DNA from: Methanotrichaceae archaeon
GTDB taxonomy: Archaea > Halobacteriota > Methanosarcinia > Methanotrichales > Methanotrichaceae
Reading direction: 5' to 3'
DNA: 64,000 bases
NCBI GenBank assembly: GCA_963748825.1
Contig: CAVVKN010000010.1
Span: 32,001 to 96,000 of the forward strand
Shown: one piece after another, positions 51,103 to 61,428 of the stretch
How the letters are laid out: each line of letters begins with the position of its first letter
How positions within the stretch are numbered: the stretch's first letter is position 1
The notes under the pieces: model-generated
What the model was told of the DNA's origin: nothing
Seen by the model: the letters and a program-made list of their open reading frames with translations, nothing else
Database searches by the model: none
Translations under genes and position numbers: made by a program

Positions 51103-53220
51103 TCACCTTTGCCCTCCCTTCATAGTCGGTCCAGCGAAGCCTTCCAGCTTCTTTAGTATCGCCTCTTCTTGCTCCAGTGTGCTGTCGCCGATGGCCTGCG
51201 ACTCCATCTGGAAGTAATCCCGGAACCTGCCAAACAACTCCGGATAGGGCTCGGAGACGGCCAGGGGCAAAGATTGCCGCTCCCACTCACCCAGCTCTAT
51301 TGGGATGACAATTCCATTGGCTAATGTCACAGACGGCACGATCTTCCAGCCCTTATCTGCCGCCTTCCTCTCGTCTATCATCCAGTTCTTGAGCAGATCC
51401 GCATATCGAGAGAGAAGCACGGCTTTTCTTATGCCGCCGTTCTGGTAGAAATCGGCACTTGCTTCTGCCATATCCACTTCGGCTTCATCGCGATCTAGCA
51501 CTCCATTTCTATCCTGATAGCTTACGGCAAGCCGCATGTTCCCAACATTGGAGAGCTTCTTCAGCTTCACCAAAATCACTCCGCCCTTAACCTGGCCCTC
51601 CTCGGCCTTGGAGGGGAAGAGGGTATTGACTTTCATGAGCTCGCCCGTGGCCTGGTCCGCCTCAGGGGAGCCGTAGACCTTCTCAATCTCGTAGCCCGGC
51701 GCATCCAGCTTGAGGCGCAGATCAAAGACCAGCGGCGTGACCATGAAGTCGAACTCATCGTCCATGCGCTTCTTGAATTCGCCGGCAGAGTGAACCGAGT
51801 AGTAGTTGGCTCCCTTGATCTTGGTGATGCTCTCCACCAGCTCAGTATTGAAGTCCACGCCGATGCCGATGAATGTGGTGTAGATTCCCTGATCGGCATT
51901 ATCCTCCAGCATGCGGTAGAGCCCCAGGTCGCCAGTCTCCCCCATGTTGGGCATGGCGTCGGTCAAAAAGATTATCCTGTTCTCGTACTCTGATTTGTCG
52001 GCCTGCAGGAACCGATCGAAGAGGGCGGTCCCCTCCTCCATTCCCGCCTCCATGTTTGTCCCGTACGTCTCCTGGATCTTGAGGATGCGGCTCTTCAGGC
52101 GATCCTGGTCTTTGTCAGCCACGCTGGTGAGCGGATCGACCAGGAAGGCATCATCGCTGAATATAACCAGCCCGAAGCGATCCTCCGGCTTGAGGTGGCT
52201 CAGGAGAGCGACCACCGACTCATCGGCAATCTGCATCTTGGTCTTGCTCATGCTCGATTCGTCCCCTTTCTGCTCTACCTTATTGCCGAAGCGGTCGTAG
52301 TAGTATTCATCGAAGGGGCTGCCCATGGAGCCGGAGAAGTCCAGCACCACCACGAGGTTAAGCTTCTTTCTCTGGAAATCCGTTATTCCGGAGTTCAGGC
52401 CCACCGAGAGATAGTATTGCGGCTGTAGTGAAAAGGGATCTTTAGAGACCGCATAGCTGTAGGAAGGGCAGAAGAGCTTATTGCATTCCTTTGCTGCGCC
52501 GGTATCAAAGTAGTAATCATAAAACAGGCCCTCGTAGGTCACGTCGCTTGGCAAGGGCAAATAGTCCTGCTTGATGTTCTCCCGGAAGCTGCTGATGTCC
52601 TTGGCGCCGCCCGCAGAAAAACCGATGCTGGGGCTCGCTGCCATAGCAGGAGAGGCCATGCTGTAGGACATGCGCGGCGCGCTGCCAATGGCTTTTGAGA
52701 CTCCGCCGGCTCCGGCAGCCATGGGCGCAGTTTCCTCTGCAGCCTGAGATTCCTGGACAAGGAGTTTTACGGAATTGCTCTTTGCCGTAGCTTCTTCTAC
52801 AGTAAACCACAGCTCATAATCTCCTTCCAGTCCGGCCTGGTACCATGCCGTGTAGCTCTTGCCCTTCTCCACCGAAGCGTTGAGGATTGTGGCAACAGAG
52901 CCCGTGGGGTAGAGGCTGAAGAGCTGCAGCTCTCCGCTTGCCTCCGGCATCAGCCGAAGTTGTGCCCAATTGCCGGTGGGGATCTCCAAGGAGGTGCGCG
53001 ACTGCTTGCCCGTGGAATCGACTATCACAAGGCTGCTTTTATCCGGCAGTGCGCTTATCGATCCATCCTCCACAAGCTGAGCAGAGTCTTTGGGAGTCTC
53101 GTAAGTGTACCAACTGGATTCCTGATCCGATGCAGGAAGTGACGAATCCGAAGCTGTACCGGGATACAGGCAGATGATAGCAATTGCTGCCAATGGTATT
53201 ATTATCCGATTGATTTTCAT
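51103..53220 (-). CDS. Secreted von Willebrand factor A domain protein
   Basis: Signal peptide MKINRIIIPLAAIAIICLYPG; MIDAS DFSGSM, TNMEAG, FLTDAMPN; true start at 53220 avoids overlap with glgP. Confidence 0.85.
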   Translation of the reverse strand: MKINRIIIPLAAIAIICLYPGTASDSSLPASDQESSWYTYETPKDSAQLVEDGSISALPDKSSLVIVDSTGKQSRTSLEIPTGNWAQLRLMPEASGELQLFSLYPTGSVATILNASVEKGKSYTAWYQAGLEGDYELWFTVEEATAKSNSVKLLVQESQAAEETAPMAAGAGGVSKAIGSAPRMSYSMASPAMAASPSIGFSAGGAKDISSFRENIKQDYLPLPSDVTYEGLFYDYYFDTGAAKECNKLFCPSYSYAVSKDPFSLQPQYYLSVGLNSGITDFQRKKLNLVVVLDFSGSMGSPFDEYYYDRFGNKVEQKGDESSMSKTKMQIADESVVALLSHLKPEDRFGLVIFSDDAFLVDPLTSVADKDQDRLKSRILKIQETYGTNMEAGMEEGTALFDRFLQADKSEYENRIIFLTDAMPNMGETGDLGLYRMLEDNADQGIYTTFIGIGVDFNTELVESITKIKGANYYSVHSAGEFKKRMDDEFDFMVTPLVFDLRLKLDAPGYEIEKVYGSPEADQATGELMKVNTLFPSKAEEGQVKGGVILVKLKKLSNVGNMRLAVSYQDRNGVLDRDEAEVDMAEASADFYQNGGIRKAVLLSRYADLLKNWMIDERKAADKGWKIVPSVTLANGIVIPIELGEWERQSLPLAVSEPYPELFGRFRDYFQMESQAIGDSTLEQEEAILKKLEGFAGPTMKGGQR

Positions 53221-53332
53221 AAACCCACCCATCCAGAACGATAGAATGATAACTAACACGCATTTTTTTCTATTTAAGATCACCTTTACCTTTGCACGAA
53301 AGTTTGATTTCCCATGAGCTTGATAACAAGAA

Positions 53333-55933
53333 GTGATGTTGCCCCATTCTGACCTTAATCTGCCTCCCGGCCTGGAAGGTCTGGCTGATCTCGCCCTGGA
53401 TCTGCGCTGGACGGTGCGGCAGACCACAGATAATATCTGGGAGCTGCTCGATGCTGAGGCCTGGGAGAAGACCAAGAATCCCTACCTGATTTTGCAGAAT
53501 GTCTCCCAGGCACAATTGCGGGAAGCGGCCCGAGATGAGAACCTGGTTAAAGAGATCTCATCCTGGCAGGAGAGAAGATCCCTGCTGCTACAGAAGCCTG
53601 CCCCAGCCGGGCAGGATGATCCTGCCTCCATTGCCTACTTCAGCATGGAGTTCGGTCTCTCCGAGGCGCTGCCCATATACTCAGGAGGGTTGGGCATGCT
53701 GGCGGGAGATTATCTCAAGACTGCCAGCGATCTGGCTGTTCCCGTCACCGGAATTGGGCTGCTCTACCAGCAGGGCTACTTCCGCCAGCTTTTGGCGCAG
53801 GACGGCTCTCAGGTGGAGGCCTTTCCTTATAACGATCCGGACACCATGCCGCTGGTTCCGGCCCGATATAAAGACGGATCAAGGTTGCGAGTCAAGATCA
53901 GCCTTCCGGGAAGGTCTCTCATACTGCGCGTCTGGCAGGCTAATGTCTGCCGTGTGAATCTCTATCTGCTCGATTCCAATGATCCTATGAATAGCCCCTG
54001 GGATAGGGCCATTACCGCCAACCTCTATGCTCCCGGCCTGGAGCGGCGGCTGATCCAGGAGATAGTGCTTGGCATCGGTGGCTGGCAGGTTTTGGAGAAG
54101 CTGGGAATAGAACCGGAAGTCTGCCATTTAAATGAAGGGCATGCAGCCTTTGTGGTCCTGGCCAGGGCCAACAGCTTCATGAAGAAAGCAGGCTGTTCTC
54201 TGGCAGCGGCCCTCTGGGCCACCAGAGCGGGAAATGTCTTTACCACTCACACCCCGGTCGAAGCGGGCTTTGATCATTTCGACAGGGCTCTGGTGGACAA
54301 ATATGCCAAATTTTATGCGGATCTTTTGGGTCTCTCCCGTCTTGATCTGATGGCTCTGGGCGCCCTCCAACCGGAAGATGAGAATGCTCCTTTCACTATG
54401 GCTCATTTAGCCCTGAAAGGATGCAGTCACGTCAACGGCGTATCCCGTCTGCATGGTCGGGTAAGCCGCAAGATCTTTCAGCCACACTTTGCCCGTTGGC
54501 CGGAGATGGAGGTGCCTGTGGGGTATGTGACCAACGGCGTTCACATCCCCACCTGGGATTCACCGGCTGCTCAGAAGCTCTGGACACAAGCCTGTCCTGG
54601 AGACTGCTGGCCGGAGGGCATTGACCATTTAAAAGATGGCATCTCCCAGCTCAGCGATTCAGAGATTTGGTGTTTTAGGGCTGAGGCCAGAAGGGATCTG
54701 GTGGAATATGTTCGCCGCCGTCATGCTCGGCAGCTTCAGGAACGGGGGGCCGGGCAGGAGGAACTGAAGCTTGCCCGGCATGTCTTGAATTCCAATGTTC
54801 TCACCCTGGGCTTTGCCCGAAGGGCTACCGCATACAAGCGCACCGACCTGCTCCTCAAAAATCCGGAGAAGCTGATTGCCATTCTCACTAACAGCCAGCA
54901 TCCGGTTCAACTTGTCATGGCGGCCAAGGCTCATCCCTCGGACGAGCAGGGAAAGGAGATGGTAAAGCAGATGGTCAACTTTGCCGCGCGGCCCGAAATT
55001 TCCGATCGGGTCGTATTTTTAGAAGACTACGACATCGACCTAGCCCAGCACCTGCAGCCGGGAGTGGATGTCTGGATCAACACGCCCCGCCGGCCCAACG
55101 AAGCCTGCGGCACAAGCGGCATGAAGGTGCTGGCCAACGGCGGACTCAATCTCTCTAACCTTGACGGCTGGTGGGATGAGGCCTATGACCCTCAGGTGGG
55201 CTGGTGCCTGGGAGACGATCGGGAGCACAGCGAGCCGGGCCGGGATAATGAGGAAGCGGATATGCTCTATCGCTTGCTGGAGGAGAAGGTTGTGCCTCTC
55301 TTTTATGAGCGAGATGAAGAGGGCATACCAAAAGGTTGGGTGGCTATGGTAAAGGCCAGCATGGCCCGCCTCACACCTCGGTATAACAGCGCCAGGATGA
55401 TGCAGGAGTATGTAGAAAAGATCTACCGGCCGGCTACTATTGCCTATCGGAAGAGAACAGCGAACGGGGCCATGCTGGCAGAGGAGCTGGCAGCGTGGCA
55501 GGAGCGGCTTAATGATGATTGGAAGGAGCTGCGATTCGGCAGGCTTACCACATGTCAGGAGGGCGATTTCTGGTTCTTTTCTGTGGAGGCTTATTTGGGA
55601 GAGCTTCATCCCGAAGATGTGCAAGTGGAGCTTTATGCTGATCCCTTGCTCGGAGGTGAGCAAAACTATCATGATCCTCAGGACAAAGATGATACAAAGG
55701 CAGTGCAGGGAGCGGAGCTAAGTCAGGGAGATACCAGGCAAGCCGTGCAGAGCGGCCCGGAGAAGATTGTCATGGTGCGGCAAGGACCACTGGCGGGCGC
55801 AATAAACGGATTTGTTTATGGGGCGAGAGTGCCGGCAAAAAGGGCAGTGGAGGACTACACCCCACGAATTGTGCCACATCATGCGCAGGCGTTCATTCCC
55901 ATGGAAGAAGCGCATATCTTGTGGCAAAGGTGA
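53333..55933 (+). CDS. glgP: Alpha-glucan (glycogen/starch) phosphorylase
   Basis: AYFSMEFG, YSGGLGMLAGD, HLNEGH, FTTHTP, FARRATAYKR, PLP motif EACGTSGMK. Confidence 0.95.
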   Translation: MMLPHSDLNLPPGLEGLADLALDLRWTVRQTTDNIWELLDAEAWEKTKNPYLILQNVSQAQLREAARDENLVKEISSWQERRSLLLQKPAPAGQDDPASIAYFSMEFGLSEALPIYSGGLGMLAGDYLKTASDLAVPVTGIGLLYQQGYFRQLLAQDGSQVEAFPYNDPDTMPLVPARYKDGSRLRVKISLPGRSLILRVWQANVCRVNLYLLDSNDPMNSPWDRAITANLYAPGLERRLIQEIVLGIGGWQVLEKLGIEPEVCHLNEGHAAFVVLARANSFMKKAGCSLAAALWATRAGNVFTTHTPVEAGFDHFDRALVDKYAKFYADLLGLSRLDLMALGALQPEDENAPFTMAHLALKGCSHVNGVSRLHGRVSRKIFQPHFARWPEMEVPVGYVTNGVHIPTWDSPAAQKLWTQACPGDCWPEGIDHLKDGISQLSDSEIWCFRAEARRDLVEYVRRRHARQLQERGAGQEELKLARHVLNSNVLTLGFARRATAYKRTDLLLKNPEKLIAILTNSQHPVQLVMAAKAHPSDEQGKEMVKQMVNFAARPEISDRVVFLEDYDIDLAQHLQPGVDVWINTPRRPNEACGTSGMKVLANGGLNLSNLDGWWDEAYDPQVGWCLGDDREHSEPGRDNEEADMLYRLLEEKVVPLFYERDEEGIPKGWVAMVKASMARLTPRYNSARMMQEYVEKIYRPATIAYRKRTANGAMLAEELAAWQERLNDDWKELRFGRLTTCQEGDFWFFSVEAYLGELHPEDVQVELYADPLLGGEQNYHDPQDKDDTKAVQGAELSQGDTRQAVQSGPEKIVMVRQGPLAGAINGFVYGARVPAKRAVEDYTPRIVPHHAQAFIPMEEAHILWQR

Positions 55934-55976
55934 TTCCAATCTTTAAATGCAATTAAATACGATAAAAATTCTGTAT

Positions 55977-56396
55977 TCAGTCCTCTATCCCCCGCACCAT
56001 CTCCGTTAGTTCCTCCACCAGTGCCTCATCCACCTCAGCAAGCTTCACCCTTCTCATAACATTCGTCACCTCGATGTCGCCCATGACGATCTTGGGAAGC
56101 GAGCTGTGCTTGAAGCCCTCCACTACGGCATAATCCGCCCCTTCCGCTTCAAGCTCGGCCAGCGCAGATTCGAGGTTCCCCCGCTCTCGCGTCACCTTGA
56201 GTCGCGCCTCTCCCAGGCCAATGACCACGTCCGCTCCGGCATCGAAGTGACGCTTGGTGTCGCCCCGGTCCACGGGATGGCCTGCCATGTTCTTGATCGT
56301 GCCCACCTTGCCGTACTTGGCCAGCGATGCCACCAGTGCGGCCACCAGTGTGGTCTTGCCCGTCTTCTTGGTTCCTACTACGGATATTACTTTCAT
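55977..56396 (-). CDS. mobB: Molybdopterin-guanine dinucleotide biosynthesis protein B
   Basis: VVGTKKTGKTT, GTIK, DT..HFDAGA, VVEGFK. Confidence 0.85.
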   Translation of the reverse strand: MKVISVVGTKKTGKTTLVAALVASLAKYGKVGTIKNMAGHPVDRGDTKRHFDAGADVVIGLGEARLKVTRERGNLESALAELEAEGADYAVVEGFKHSSLPKIVMGDIEVTNVMRRVKLAEVDEALVEELTEMVRGIED

Positions 56397-56410
56397 TTGT
56401 CTCGTTTGCT

Positions 56411-57652
56411 TCAGGCTCGCAGAAGTTCAATTAAAAATCTCGCGAAACCCTGCAGGTCTGCTACGCGCACGTTCTCGTTCAGGCCGTGGATATTGCTCTC
56501 CAGCTGCCGTCCCACTCCAAAGACGCAGGTAGGAATGCCGGTCTTCTCTGTGGCATAGGCCTGATCTAGGCTTCCCTGCGCTCCGGAGAGGCGAGGGAAA
56601 AAGCCCATGCCTTTTTGCACCGCTTCCCTCACCTCGGTCACCCATGCATGATCCGGATTCACGCTCATGGGCGGATAGCCGGGATAAAACTTGAGATCGA
56701 AGTCGACATCCAGCGGTTTCAGTGTCCTCTCTATCTCCGCCATGGCTTCATCCATGCTCTCTTCCGGTATCACACGCCGGTCGCCGCGCAAAGTGCACCT
56801 GTCAGGCACAATGTTCTCCTTGATGCCCCCGTTGATCATAGTAATGTTAAGTATGGGCATGAGGTTCTTCTTGCCCAAAGCTTCCAGGGCGGTGCTGGCA
56901 GGCAGAAGAGATCGCCTGGCCTGCACGACCTTCTTGAGATCCATGAGCGCATCCATGACAGGTATCGATCTCTCCACGGCATTTATCCCCAGAAAACTGG
57001 AGCCACTGTGCGAGGACCGGCCATGCACAACCACATCCCAGGTTATGATGCCGTTGCTGCCTATCACCACGTCATCGGAAAAGCCGTCCATGCAGAGCAT
57101 CAGGTCTCCCTTTACCTGTCCCAAATCGGTGAGATAGCACAGGCCGGAGTAGCCTCCTACCTCCTCATCCGTGGTTAAAAGAACAGAGAGATTGTACTTC
57201 GGCTTGCCGCTCTCCAGGAGCGCCTTCAACGCGGCAATTAAGGCAGCGATCGATCCCTTGCAGTCGGAGACGCCCCGGCCATAGGCCCTTCCGTTCTTTT
57301 GCACAACCAGGAAGGGATCGCTATCCCAGTTTCCTTCTGCTGGCACCACATCCAGATGGGCATAGATCACCAGCGTCTTTTCTGCTCCCACAGAAAGGTC
57401 GGCGCGCAGATTTAAGCGATCGCCCACCAGCCGCGGGTCACAGCATTTTGCCGCGAAGACGTCCTCGGGCATGACCATCTTTTGCGTAGCAAAGCCCATC
57501 TCCCGAAAGATGGGGACGAGCCAATCCACAATCTCTTCATAGCAGCCTCCGGGAGGGGCAATGGTCTTAAAACTGATGATCTTTTTTAGCAGGTCCATGA
57601 GGTAGTTGGGATCTGGCGAGGGGATAATTTCGGGCATCTTGCATTCCTTCAT
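56411..57652 (-). CDS. M20 family metallopeptidase/deacylase (ArgE/DapE-like)
   Basis: HLDVVP, GRGVSDCKG, TDEEVGG, GRSSH, DRR, IHGLNE. Confidence 0.9.
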   Translation of the reverse strand: MKECKMPEIIPSPDPNYLMDLLKKIISFKTIAPPGGCYEEIVDWLVPIFREMGFATQKMVMPEDVFAAKCCDPRLVGDRLNLRADLSVGAEKTLVIYAHLDVVPAEGNWDSDPFLVVQKNGRAYGRGVSDCKGSIAALIAALKALLESGKPKYNLSVLLTTDEEVGGYSGLCYLTDLGQVKGDLMLCMDGFSDDVVIGSNGIITWDVVVHGRSSHSGSSFLGINAVERSIPVMDALMDLKKVVQARRSLLPASTALEALGKKNLMPILNITMINGGIKENIVPDRCTLRGDRRVIPEESMDEAMAEIERTLKPLDVDFDLKFYPGYPPMSVNPDHAWVTEVREAVQKGMGFFPRLSGAQGSLDQAYATEKTGIPTCVFGVGRQLESNIHGLNENVRVADLQGFARFLIELLRA

Positions 57653-57854
57653 AAAATATGCCTAATAAGCCCTGACTGTATATTAAATGCTTTGCGGAAA
57701 AACTGATGCGATCAGCGATATTGCACGAGGATCTGATGTTCCTCGCCAAGCATTAAATTAAATAACCGCATCACAGAGCAGATGCTGGGAGTAGAGAAGC
57801 TATCTGAAATCACGGATTATTAGTTTTTGACAAAATATGAGGCCAGGGTCTTCT

Positions 57855-58157
57855 TCACTCCCGATCGCGCACATCATAAGACTCCGAGCAGACGAGAGGC
57901 TCGGCATTGCAGCCACAGAAAATACAGCCATTAGCCTCATACTCATCAGAACTCATAGTATTACCACAGATCACGCATTTATGGACTGATGCCGGCTCTT
58001 TGACCATTGGCGGATCCCGAAGACGGCAATAGTCTTCAACATTGAGAATGCATGGCTCACGGGCCCTGGCTTCGGGATGCAGGCAATAGCCAAGAAAGCC
58101 GGTCTCCTGATCCTTCCAGTAAATGCATTCTTCGTATTTCTGTGGCACTCTCACCAT
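57855..58157 (-). CDS. Small Cys-rich zinc-finger hypothetical protein
   Basis: Multiple cysteines including CVICG and CIFCG; GGAG RBS. Confidence 0.65.
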   Translation of the reverse strand: MVRVPQKYEECIYWKDQETGFLGYCLHPEARAREPCILNVEDYCRLRDPPMVKEPASVHKCVICGNTMSSDEYEANGCIFCGCNAEPLVCSESYDVRDRE

Positions 58158-58167
58158 CTCGGTCTCC

Positions 58168-59676
58168 CTATATGATTAGGCTCTTTCCGCTCATCGCTTT
58201 CGGCTGGGGGATATGCATGAGCTGCAATGCCGTGGGGGCAATATCGGCCAAGATTCCATCCTCACGCAGGCTGTACTTTTGGCCGTCATCTATTATCAGC
58301 GTGAAAGGCACTGGATTGGTGGTGTGAGCGGTATGTGGCTGGCCAGAGGTCAGATCGATCATCTTTTCTGCATTGCCATGGTCAGCGGTGAGCAGCACGG
58401 CGCCGCCCTTCTTCACAATCTCATCCACTACGACTCCCACGCAGCCGTCCACGACCTCGACCGCTTTCACGGCGGCCTCGAATATGCCGGTGTGGCCCAC
58501 CATATCGGGATTGGCGAAATTGAGAACGATGAGGTCATACTTGCCGGAGTCGATGCGCGCTATCACCTCATCTCTGACCAGGAAGGCGCTCATCTCCGGC
58601 ATTAAGTCGTAGGTGGCAACTTTTGGAGAAGGTATGAGGGCCCGGTCTTCCCCTGGATTGGGCTCTTCTTTTCCTCCGTTAAAGAAGTAAGTGACATGAG
58701 CATATTTCTCCGTCTCGGCTATGCGCAGCTGGTGGAGGCTGGCGCGACCAACGACTTCGCCAAGAGTGTCGTCGAGGTTTTGCGCCGGGAAGGCAATTGG
58801 CACGTTTAATGTGGCGTCGTACTGGGTCATGCAGGTGTAAAAAACCCGTATCGGCTTTTGGGCAAAGCCCTGAAAATCCTTATCCACGAAGGCCCTGGTG
58901 ATCTCGCGGGCTCTGTCGGGCCGGAAATTAAAGAATATGATGCTGTCCCCGTCCTGTACCAGTCCATCTCTATCGACCAGGGTCGGCTGGAGGAATTCAT
59001 CATTCTCGCCTCGCACGTAGCCGTTTTCCACTGCTTCTTTGGCCGTAATGGCATGCAGCCCCTCGCCATCGGTGAGGCAGCGGTAGGCCTTCTCCACTCT
59101 CTCCCAGCGTTTGTCTCTGTCCATGGTGTAGTAGCGACCCGAGACTGTAGCCACCTTGCCCGTGCCGATCTGCTGCAGCTTCTCCTCCAGCTCCTGCAAA
59201 TAAGCGAGAGCGCTTCGGGGAGGCACATCCCTGCCGTCCAAAACGGCGTGCACATAAACATTCTCCAGCCCCTTTTTCCCGGCCATCTCCAAAAGCGCAT
59301 AAAGATGAGTGTTATGGCTGTGCACTCCACCGTCAGAAAGCAGGCCTATCAGATGAAGCCTGGAGCCTTTTGCTCTTTCCATTGCCCGAAGCAGGACTTC
59401 ATTCTCAGCAATTGTGCCCTGCTCAACTGCCAGACTGATTCGAGTGTAGTCCTGGTAGACGATTCTGCCGCCTCCCATGTTGAGGTGCCCTACCTCTGAG
59501 TTGCCCATCTGGCCGCGCGGCAGCCCCACTGCCAGGCCCGAGGCGGCGAGGGTTGTGGTTGGGTAATTCTTCCAGAATCGTTCCAGGTTGGGCTTACGCG
59601 CCTTGGCAATGGCATTGCCCTCAACTATTGGGCTTATGCCGAAGCCGTCCATGATTATGATTGCTAAGGGCTTCAT
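58168..59676 (-). CDS. gpmI: 2,3-bisphosphoglycerate-independent phosphoglycerate mutase
   Basis: MDGFG, GQMGNSEVGH, SDGGVHSH, DGRD, AETEKYAHVT, NPDMVGHTG, TADHGN. Confidence 0.96.
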   Translation of the reverse strand: MKPLAIIIMDGFGISPIVEGNAIAKARKPNLERFWKNYPTTTLAASGLAVGLPRGQMGNSEVGHLNMGGGRIVYQDYTRISLAVEQGTIAENEVLLRAMERAKGSRLHLIGLLSDGGVHSHNTHLYALLEMAGKKGLENVYVHAVLDGRDVPPRSALAYLQELEEKLQQIGTGKVATVSGRYYTMDRDKRWERVEKAYRCLTDGEGLHAITAKEAVENGYVRGENDEFLQPTLVDRDGLVQDGDSIIFFNFRPDRAREITRAFVDKDFQGFAQKPIRVFYTCMTQYDATLNVPIAFPAQNLDDTLGEVVGRASLHQLRIAETEKYAHVTYFFNGGKEEPNPGEDRALIPSPKVATYDLMPEMSAFLVRDEVIARIDSGKYDLIVLNFANPDMVGHTGIFEAAVKAVEVVDGCVGVVVDEIVKKGGAVLLTADHGNAEKMIDLTSGQPHTAHTTNPVPFTLIIDDGQKYSLREDGILADIAPTALQLMHIPQPKAMSGKSLII

Positions 59677-59706
59677 CTCAAAAGTGTCATCGTTGCCGCG
59701 AATATA

Positions 59707-60351
59707 TTAGATCTTTTCTTTGAAACCCTCTTCTCCAATGAGCGGAACGAAGATCACACCCATCTTCTCCTCCACAGAAAAGCCGTTCTTCCTTGTCACC
59801 AGATAAAGCTCCTGATAGTCCCGGCCTACGGGAATGACCATTTTTCCACCCACTTTGAGCTGCTGCTTGAGCGGCTCGGGGACCCTAGGGGCGGTCGCAG
59901 CCACGCTTATGCGATCGTAAGGCGCATGCTCCGCCAGGCCGATACTTCCGTCGGTTTCGATCATGGTCACATTCGTTATGCCGGCTTTTTCCAGATTCTT
60001 TCTGGCCATCGCTACCAGCTCCGGCATGCGCTCCACAGAATAGACATGTCCCTTGGGACCTACCATTGTCGCCATCACCGCGGCATGATAGCCGCTCCCT
60101 CCCCCCACCTCCAGGACTACCATTCCCGGCTGCAGATCGAGAAGATCGCACATTATGGCCACCATGTGAGGAGCGGAGATGGTCTGGTTATTGCCGATAG
60201 GAAGTGGTGTGTCGTCATATGCCCGGCTTTTGAGAGCCTCGGGAAGGAAGAGCTCTCTTGGAACGCGGGACATTGCTGATATGACAGATTCTTTTACGTT
60301 GTCCTGCAGGCTGCCCAAGAGTTGCTCTCTATTCAAAGCTCTCGACCCCAC
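59707..60351 (-). CDS. pcm: Protein-L-isoaspartate O-methyltransferase
   Basis: VPRELF, QTISAPHMV, LEVGGGSGY, APYDRI, FVPL; start uncertain (60351 or 60333). Confidence 0.93.
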   Translation of the reverse strand: MGSRALNREQLLGSLQDNVKESVISAMSRVPRELFLPEALKSRAYDDTPLPIGNNQTISAPHMVAIMCDLLDLQPGMVVLEVGGGSGYHAAVMATMVGPKGHVYSVERMPELVAMARKNLEKAGITNVTMIETDGSIGLAEHAPYDRISVAATAPRVPEPLKQQLKVGGKMVIPVGRDYQELYLVTRKNGFSVEEKMGVIFVPLIGEEGFKEKI

Positions 60352-60896
60352 ACTCTTTGTATGTCTTTGGCCTCGGCTTCATCGGCAAAGCCCTCGCCGC
60401 GCAGCTTCATCTTAACGATCACGAATTTGAACCCTTCCACTTTTCGAGCTTCCCCAACCTCAAAGACCTCGTCGCCGGCAACGTTGATCTTGAGCGAATG
60501 GGTCTTGCCGTTTCGATAGACGGAGATCTTGAGCGGCACATCATCCGTGGCACGGGCCCAGACGGTCTTTATCTTCTCAGCAGGAGCGCTGCTGACCCTA
60601 CGATCCGTCTCCAGAGATGCGATCTCTGTCATGACTACATCTTTGGCAGGATCGTCCACTAAAAGCTCATCTCCGACGTGCAACATCTCTTTAGCCGGGA
60701 TTTTGATAAAGTATGGCTCAGATAGCTCGTCATTGCTCACTATGACTTTGAGATTGACCAGCCGCTCGCGCTCTACCTGAACGGAATGAACCGTTTCGCA
60801 TTCTTCACAACGCACTAGATTCTCCTGCCCGGATTTTATCAAAGTATGCTCCGTATCGGCACCGCAAGTAGGACAGAAGATCTGATCATCAAGCAT
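60333..60896 (-). CDS. Archaeal zinc-finger protein (HVO_0476-like)
   Basis: CPTCG...H...VRCEECETVH, IKTVWAR; adjacent to pcm. Confidence 0.8.
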   Translation of the reverse strand: MLDDQIFCPTCGADTEHTLIKSGQENLVRCEECETVHSVQVERERLVNLKVIVSNDELSEPYFIKIPAKEMLHVGDELLVDDPAKDVVMTEIASLETDRRVSSAPAEKIKTVWARATDDVPLKISVYRNGKTHSLKINVAGDEVFEVGEARKVEGFKFVIVKMKLRGEGFADEAEAKDIQRVWGREL

Positions 60897-61076
60897 AGCA
60901 TATAATTATTCCACGGAGTATTTAAAGTATGGCGGCCTGCCGCCTGCTGCTCCCGTCTGCACTTCGTAAATGAGACCGGGCGGAGCCAGAATTGATTGAT
61001 TTGCAAGAGCTCTTGAAGGCCGCAGGCATTTTTAACAAGGGAAAAATTTTTTAATGAAGACGAATTATCTAAACAT

Positions 61077-61286
61077 ATGGAAAAAGTTGTTAAAGAAAAC
61101 CGCTCCGCTCCGGATCGCGGGATGGACGAATGCTGCAACATTGCCGAGAGCATGATCGAGGAGATAAATCAGATAGCACTGCCAGAGTTTTCCATCGCAA
61201 CTTCTGCTAATAGAAGGCATAAGGACTCGCTTAAGGAGAAGCTTCTTCGCCAGATAAGAGCCGCGAGGAAGGTGGCGATAGTATGA
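61077..61286 (+). CDS. Small hypothetical protein
   Basis: 69-aa ORF preceded by TTTTTAAT TATA-like element. Confidence 0.45.
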   Translation: MEKVVKENRSAPDRGMDECCNIAESMIEEINQIALPEFSIATSANRRHKDSLKEKLLRQIRAARKVAIV

Positions 61287-61428
61287 TTAATCTTATTCAT
61301 ATTTTAGATATATCCAGATTAATCTCAGACAACCAAAAATTCAAATCAACAAAAATTATTTTTATTATGTTAGGTGCGTTCTCTGGTGCACGAAAACTAT
61401 TTATATTAATCTACTAACTAATTTAGTT

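Noticed and set aside
53221-53475. N-terminal extension of the VWA ORF overlapping glgP
   Set aside because: The signal peptide starts at ATG 53220; the extension is an artefact of longest-ORF calling
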